The position numbers and the translations under genes were made by a program. Under the pieces are notes generated by a model. It did no database searches, was not told where the DNA came from, and was given only the letters and a program-made list of their open reading frames with translations. Of a stretch of DNA of 64,000 nucleotides, positions 58,512 to 64,000 are shown piece after piece (position 1 is the first letter of the stretch; each line of letters starts with the position of its first letter). This stretch comes from Candidatus Krumholzibacteriota bacterium (GTDB taxonomy: Bacteria; Krumholzibacteriota; Krumholzibacteriia; JAJRXK01), in NCBI GenBank assembly GCA_963727455.1, contig CAVSGG010000009.1, positions 96,001 through 160,000 on the forward strand, written 5' to 3'.

Positions 58512-59855
58512 TCAGGAATCGCTCAGGGTGAGGCCCAGCGCCTTCGCCTTCTTGTAGAGGTGGCTGCGTTCCAAGCCGAGTCGCCGCGCCGCCTCGCTCA
58601 CGTTGCCTCCTGCCCCCCGCAGGGCGCGGGTGATGGCCCTGCGCTCGGCCTCCTCCACGATCGCGCGCAAGTTCTCCCCCTCATTCTTCGCTGAGCCCGT
58701 GCCCAGTGCGGTGTGCACCGCGCTCTCCTGGATGCTCTCGCTGGTGGAGAGGATGGCCAGGCGTTCGACCATGTTGCGCAACTCGCGGATGTTGCCCGGC
58801 CAGTCGTAGCGACCCAGAGCGCGCAGAGCTCCCGCCGAGAAGCGCCGCGGAGGCAATTTCTGCCTGGCGACCTCCAGCGCGAGGAAGTGCTCGGCCAAGA
58901 GGGGTAGGTCCTCCATGTGATCCCTCAAGGGTGGGGCGAAGAGGGGAACCACTTGAAGCCGGTGATAGAGGTCTTCGCGAAAGCTCCCCTCGCGCACCGC
59001 TTCGCGCAGATCGCGATGGGTCGCCGCCAACACCCTCACGTCCAGCGTCTTGACTCGCGAACTGCCCACCTTCGAGACCTCGCCGCTTTCGAGCACCCGC
59101 AGGAGCTTGGCCTGCATGCTGAGCGGCATGTCTCCGATCTCGTCGAGAAAGAGGGTGCCGCCGTCGGCCGATTCGAATGCACCCGCGCGCGCCGTCGTCG
59201 CCCCGGTGAAGGCTCCGCGCACGTGACCAAAGAGTTCGCTCTCGATGAGTTCGGCCGGAATCGCCGCGCAGTTCAAGGCGAGAAAGGGGCGCTCGCGTCG
59301 CGGACTCCCCGAGTGCAGTGCCTTGGCGATGAGTTCCTTGCCGGTTCCGCTCTCGCCCTGGATCAGGACCCTGGCCTGCGTGGGAGCCACCTGGCTGATT
59401 CGTTCTCTCAGAGCCACGATTGGAGGCGCCTGGCCCAGAATGGTCTCACTGAAAGCCTGGGCGCGCAGGCGGGCGTTCTCGCGCTGCAGCTCGGACTTGC
59501 GCAGCGCGTTGCCGAGTGTCAACAGGGTCTTGTCGCGGGTGAGAGGTTTTTCCAGGAAATCGCTCGCGCCCGCGTGGACTGCTCGTACCGCGGTCTCGAT
59601 GGTGGCGTGACCGCTCATCATCACCACGCTCAAATTGGGAGCGCTCGCTTTGAGCTTCGCCAGCGTGGCGAGCCCGTCCATTCCCGAGAGCCGAACGTCC
59701 AGAAGGACGGCATCCACTTCCCCGTTGGCGCAGTGTTCCACGGCCTCCTCGCCGCTCTCCACGCAATCGACCTCGTAACCCGCGAGCAGGAGCATCTGCT
59801 CGAGCATGGCTCTTATGTTGCGCTCATCGTCCACGACCAAGACATGCCGGCTCAC
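58512..59855 (-). CDS. Sigma54-dependent response regulator (NtrC/NtrX family)
   Basis: REC (VVDDE, LLD, KP), GESGTGKE, intact [20 protein letters not shown], Fis HTH. Confidence 0.93.
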   Translation of the reverse strand: MSRHVLVVDDERNIRAMLEQMLLLAGYEVDCVESGEEAVEHCANGEVDAVLLDVRLSGMDGLATLAKLKASAPNLSVVMMSGHATIETAVRAVHAGASDFLEKPLTRDKTLLTLGNALRKSELQRENARLRAQAFSETILGQAPPIVALRERISQVAPTQARVLIQGESGTGKELIAKALHSGSPRRERPFLALNCAAIPAELIESELFGHVRGAFTGATTARAGAFESADGGTLFLDEIGDMPLSMQAKLLRVLESGEVSKVGSSRVKTLDVRVLAATHRDLREAVREGSFREDLYHRLQVVPLFAPPLRDHMEDLPLLAEHFLALEVARQKLPPRRFSAGALRALGRYDWPGNIRELRNMVERLAILSTSESIQESAVHTALGTGSAKNEGENLRAIVEEAERRAITRALRGAGGNVSEAARRLGLERSHLYKKAKALGLTLSDS

Positions 59856-61516
59856 GTGTCTTCCTCCCTGGCGAGCGAGGCCTCGCGCGGCAAGTCGGCG
59901 TGAATCTCCAGCCCGCCCCCGCTGCGCGCGCGCGCGGAGAGGACGCCCTGATGACCTTCCACCACCTGTCGCGCGATGCTCAGGCCCAGTCCGGTTCCGC
60001 CCTCTTTCGTCGTATGATACGGCTCTCCCCAATGAGATGCGATCTCCTCGGGCAGCCCCGGTCCACGATCCAGGACCGCGAACCACCAGCGGTCGTTGCC
60101 CGGCCCGGTGCCCAGAGCCAACTCGATCGGTGCGTGAGGTGCGGCTTGCGCCGCGTTTGCGAGCAGATTCTGCATGACCCGCCGCATCTGTTCCGGGTCG
60201 ACACTCACCACGCCCACCGTGGCACGTTCCACGATCCGAAATTCGAGCTTCGGGTATTGCTCCCGCACGCTGGCCAAAGCCAGTTCGGCCAGAGAGAGAG
60301 CCTGCGTGGGTTGAAAGGCAAGTCTGGGAGTGCGAGCAAAATCACGAAATTCACTGACCAGGCGATCCAGACTTTGCAACTGTTCCCGCGCGGTTTGAAG
60401 GCTCGAAACGAGTGCCCGGCGCGCGGCCGGATCGTCTCGCCGCGCCGCCGTCTCGACGTTGTCCATGGCCAGGGTCAAAGGGCTCAGAGCGTTCTTGATC
60501 TCGTGCGCCACCCGGCGCGCCATCTCGCGCCAGGCCGCCCGGCGCTCCGCGGAACGCATTCGCGCTTCACTCGACTGCAAACTCTGAGAAAGATCCCTTA
60601 ACGCATTGGCGAGCTCTTTGACCTCGGTGGGTCCTCCCACCGCGAACTCGATTTCGCGCTCCCCGGATTCCATGCGGTGCACCGCTCTGCGCAGCACGTC
60701 CAGCGGACGGACCAGGCCATGGGCGAGCAAAGGGGTGAGGACGAGGACGATCAAGAAACTCATGAGGCTCAGGCGAAAAAGTCGCGTTCGCATGGACTGA
60801 AGGACCGGCAGGGATGGCGGTTCTCCGGGATCCAAGGCCAGGGGAAGTTCTCCCTGGATCCTCCAGCCGGCGGGCAACTGCACGCTGATGAGTGGCTTCA
60901 GTGCGAGACCGAGTGAGAGACTCTTCGCCCCACTGCGGCTCGCGATCTCGGTGAGACGACTTGCAGAGAGCGCGCTCGCGCCCACCACGAGGTAAGCGCG
61001 ATCCTCAAAGGACACCTCTCGCGCGGCACCCACCCACCAACTCGCGTCGCCACTGTCGTCGGCAGTCCAGGACTTCCAGGCCAGGACTTTCGTGTGAGCC
61101 TGTTCCCGCAGCATTGCATACTGGGGGTGCATGACGCCCTGGGCCTGAGGCTTTGGCGCCTGGCTGAGGACGCGTCCCTCAGGCGAAAGAATGAGCAGGT
61201 GATCCAACTCGAAACGTGGCGCGTACTCGCTCGCCCACAGACGCAGGTCGCGCCGTTCGCTCCCCCCCTGTTCCTCCGCTTCTTCGAGAAAACGGCGCAG
61301 TGCCGACGAAGATGCCAGATCCTCCACCGAGGCCACGGTCATCGAGGCCATGCGGTCCAGGCGAAGGCGTACCTCGTCGGCCTGTCTCGTGCGCCATTCT
61401 TGCCCGCTCCGGGCCTTCATCTCGCGCAGCGAGTGATCCAGAGTGAGAAGGAGTCCTCCCAGGATCAGAACCGCGGAGCAGAGGAGCGCCAAACTGAAGC
61501 GCCATCGCAAACTCAT
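59852..61516 (-). CDS. HAMP-domain membrane sensor histidine kinase (NtrY-like)
   Basis: Two TMs, HAMP, AWREMARRVAHEIKN, NLLANA, DRGPG, GTGLGL. Confidence 0.9.
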   Translation of the reverse strand: MSLRWRFSLALLCSAVLILGGLLLTLDHSLREMKARSGQEWRTRQADEVRLRLDRMASMTVASVEDLASSSALRRFLEEAEEQGGSERRDLRLWASEYAPRFELDHLLILSPEGRVLSQAPKPQAQGVMHPQYAMLREQAHTKVLAWKSWTADDSGDASWWVGAAREVSFEDRAYLVVGASALSASRLTEIASRSGAKSLSLGLALKPLISVQLPAGWRIQGELPLALDPGEPPSLPVLQSMRTRLFRLSLMSFLIVLVLTPLLAHGLVRPLDVLRRAVHRMESGEREIEFAVGGPTEVKELANALRDLSQSLQSSEARMRSAERRAAWREMARRVAHEIKNALSPLTLAMDNVETAARRDDPAARRALVSSLQTAREQLQSLDRLVSEFRDFARTPRLAFQPTQALSLAELALASVREQYPKLEFRIVERATVGVVSVDPEQMRRVMQNLLANAAQAAPHAPIELALGTGPGNDRWWFAVLDRGPGLPEEIASHWGEPYHTTKEGGTGLGLSIARQVVEGHQGVLSARARSGGGLEIHADLPREASLAREEDT

Positions 61517-63660
61517 GGTTTCCAACCGAAGCGTTCCATCTGCTCTTTCGGCAGCAGATGAGCCGTGCTCAAGTCGGGTAGAAAACTCTGAGGATCAGCG
61601 CGCAATCCGGCCACCCGGCGATCCACGAACACTCGCCCCTCTTCCGTCCACAGGGGCACGAAGACGGCTTGCTCGAAAAGCCAGTCTTCCACCTCCCCCG
61701 CCAACCGTTCATCACTCAAGGCGTTCAGTTCTTGCGCGCGCTCTTGGGTGTCCTTCCGCCACGACTCGAGCATTCCACACGCTCGCAAGAGCGACATCGC
61801 TTTCTCTCTCATCGTCCCCACGGGCAAGATCAATCGACCGAAGTCGACTTGGTCGCCGCCGTCCAGGACACAATCACTCTGCATTTTCGTTGGCCCGTCT
61901 TCGGGCTCGCCGTTCACGAGAACACGGGTGGAAGTCTGCGCGCCCCGGTCACGCGCGAGGAATCCCAGCCTCTCCCGCAGTTCCTCGCTCAGTGCATCCG
62001 GAAGCCGATCCACGATTCCCGGGCAACCGAGGAAGCTGAATTGCAACTGTTGACCTTTCAGGGAATCCTCCGCCTCCGGCCGCGGGCTTCGCTCTCTCCC
62101 ACTCAAGGGCAGTCGCGGCTCTAGCCCCTCGCGGCTCAAACCGAAGAGTTCGAAGGGACCCAGAGATCGCAACCAGGCCGCGACGACGCGTCGGCGCCGC
62201 AGGGGCATCGCGGGAGAGAGTCTGGCGATTCCCCAGACCGGAGCGGCCGGCACCACCTTCCAACGCGCGGTATCCCCGAAGACCAGAGGCTTCTTGGCGA
62301 CCGACGCCAGCCACTCGGGATACTCCTTGGCCAGAGGACTGAAACGGATCACGTGCATGGCTGGATCGAGCTGGCGCAGCCGCAGTTCGGGCAGGAGACG
62401 CCAACTCAGGGTCCAGAACGAGAGCGGAGCGAAGACGGAAGCTCGAGCTTCGAACTCGGCGAATTCGTCCCAGGCGTGCGCGCGATGATCCGGGTTGAAG
62501 TGCAGCTCGTGGGTGAGCGTCAGATCTTCCCCGAATTCATCGACCAATAGGGGCCAGGCAAAGTCGCTCGCGACGCGCACCGTCTCCATCCGTCTCGAAT
62601 GGCCGCGGGATGGAGCTTCCGGGAGGACGCGCACGACGGCCGCAAAGAGTTGAAGAACAGAGCTTCCATCCGGATTCCCTCGCAACACGAGCCAGGTGTC
62701 CGCCAGGTTCCAATTTTCCGGAGCGGCGGTGATGCTCAGGATCTGTGTCTCACTCGCCTCCGCCAGTGGCAGACGCATGCCGTCTCCGCCGCGGCTCAAC
62801 GACCACTGCTCTAGATCTCCTTCGCCAGCGGGGAGATCCGCATTGCCGAGAACGAGGCGGAGATCGCGTTGCATGAGCAGAAGCGGCGGCGAAAGATCCT
62901 GAGCGAGTGCGCGAGCGAGCATCCTTCGCTCGTTTTCCCGCAGCGTAACCAGAGGCCTCGAGCTCTCCGGCTTCAGTTGCAGCGAGCCCTTACGCCACTG
63001 CAGCTCTTGCAGGGCCTGGCCGGAGTCCAAAAAGACCGTGCCGTTCAGACGGACGAGCGCGCGCGAAGCTCCCAACTTCAGGCTGGCCAAGGGCGGGTTC
63101 TCTTTCGCGTCCAGAGGCCAGGTGTATTGCAGCTTCTTTGCCACGCTGACTTTGAACGGCTCGCTGCGCCACAGGCGATTCGCGGTACAGATCATCAAGT
63201 TCAGGTCCGGTTCGAAGAGGCCATTGCTCTCCACCATCCAGACCACCGCTCTCGACGAGTTCGAGCGCAGCCAGGCCTGGATGGCGGCGGCGGTATCCAG
63301 TCGTCGCGGAGGCTGCAGAGGACGTAAGCGTCCATTGCGCAGCGCAAGCGCAAAACAGAGCGCCGATGCTTCCCAGTTTCCGCTGCCGCTCACCGCGGGC
63401 GGAATCAGCCACTGCTGCTCGGCATTGGGAGCATTGCGGGAGAGGATCGCGGCATGCGCCGCTTGGTTGATCTGATCGGCCAAGTGATCGATCCGAGGGG
63501 ACTGCAGAATTTCCCGCTGCGGAGTCTCGCCTGAAGGAACCAGCCCCCGGGAGCCCACACATCCCGGCAGAGCGGCCACAGCGAGGAGGAGGAAGATTCC
63601 CCACGCCCTGACTGCGGACCCTATGCGTTCCACGAAGGTGCTCTCACTTCTTGCGTCCAC
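61513..63660 (-). CDS. Large hypothetical lipoprotein with degenerate ABC substrate-binding (family 5)-like C-terminus
   Basis: Lipobox LPGC; C-terminal EVEDWLFEQAVFVPLW..VAGLR..PDL; ATGA overlap with the HK gene. Start uncertain. Confidence 0.55.
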   Translation of the reverse strand: MDARSESTFVERIGSAVRAWGIFLLLAVAALPGCVGSRGLVPSGETPQREILQSPRIDHLADQINQAAHAAILSRNAPNAEQQWLIPPAVSGSGNWEASALCFALALRNGRLRPLQPPRRLDTAAAIQAWLRSNSSRAVVWMVESNGLFEPDLNLMICTANRLWRSEPFKVSVAKKLQYTWPLDAKENPPLASLKLGASRALVRLNGTVFLDSGQALQELQWRKGSLQLKPESSRPLVTLRENERRMLARALAQDLSPPLLLMQRDLRLVLGNADLPAGEGDLEQWSLSRGGDGMRLPLAEASETQILSITAAPENWNLADTWLVLRGNPDGSSVLQLFAAVVRVLPEAPSRGHSRRMETVRVASDFAWPLLVDEFGEDLTLTHELHFNPDHRAHAWDEFAEFEARASVFAPLSFWTLSWRLLPELRLRQLDPAMHVIRFSPLAKEYPEWLASVAKKPLVFGDTARWKVVPAAPVWGIARLSPAMPLRRRRVVAAWLRSLGPFELFGLSREGLEPRLPLSGRERSPRPEAEDSLKGQQLQFSFLGCPGIVDRLPDALSEELRERLGFLARDRGAQTSTRVLVNGEPEDGPTKMQSDCVLDGGDQVDFGRLILPVGTMREKAMSLLRACGMLESWRKDTQERAQELNALSDERLAGEVEDWLFEQAVFVPLWTEEGRVFVDRRVAGLRADPQSFLPDLSTAHLLPKEQMERFGWKP

Positions 63661-64000
63661 TCTCCATCTTGAATTTCGGCTGCTTCACGCTCGAGGGAGC
63701 GGAGCGATACCAGCGCGCTTCGCTGGAATGCAGCTGCCACCAATCGATCCAGAAGGCGTTCAGCGCGGCGGAGTCCGCACTCCCCTCCTCCTCCCCGGCC
63801 ATCTAGAGTGATACGTCGCAAGAGTTCACGGATGAGGGCCTGCACCTGATCGTAGGGAATCGCGACCATGATTCCCTTATCCCCGGGAAGAGGACGCAGC
63901 GGAATGCGCCGGTAGGCGGGAGAAAAGCCCCTGGCGATCGCGGCCTGACGGTCGATGGGCAACCATTGAATCAACTCGGCCACGAGCTCAGACTGTTGGG
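63621..64000 (-). CDS. Hypothetical protein, 3' end only (runs off window)
   Basis: Frame of ORF 63621..63983 stays open to the window edge. Confidence 0.45.
   Translation of the reverse strand, partial: QQSELVAELIQWLPIDRQAAIARGFSPAYRRIPLRPLPGDKGIMVAIPYDQVQALIRELLRRITLDGRGGGGECGLRRAERLLDRLVAAAFQRSALVSLRSLEREAAEIQDGEWTQEVRAPSWNA

Noticed and set aside
386-63475. Many long antisense or alternate-frame ORFs (e.g. 4925-6832, 23560-26073, 41416-42831, 45179-46561)
   Set aside because: Shadow ORFs expected in high-GC coding DNA; they overlap well-supported genes and have no recognisable motifs.

Overview
GC-rich bacterial chromosomal window of about 50 genes, mostly housekeeping or metabolic. I found no tRNA, rRNA, CRISPR array, integrase or transposase. 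Two secreted proteins end in FlgD-Ig/T9SS-CTD-like domains, which with the lipoprotein types suggests an FCB-superphylum organism such as Krumholzibacteriota, Latescibacterota or Eisenbacteria (inference only). The main blocks are: a TetR(FadR)-controlled fatty-acid beta-oxidation operon with two visible operators; a frameshifted gingipain-like C25 protease; a fused 2-oxoacid dehydrogenase E1; a pentaheme cytochrome c; an animal-CSAD/ADC-like PLP decarboxylase; trpS; TPR-addB-addA; an atypical transketolase; a complete reductive pyrimidine degradation operon; a secreted multicopper oxidase; a ferredoxin cluster; speD; and a sigma54 two-component locus. The best leads are (1) a riboswitch-like speD leader with alternative anti-SD/SD pairing, (2) a sigma54 enhancer-IHF-promoter layout linking an SBP-like lipoprotein/HK/bEBP operon to a TPR gene, (3) the F-x19-S-x-Y CSAD-type decarboxylase and (4) the GEG-motif transketolase. 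Two single-base frameshifts, possibly three, suggest assembly indel errors. All product calls come from motif recognition and all RNA pairings were read by eye; no searches or folding programs were run.
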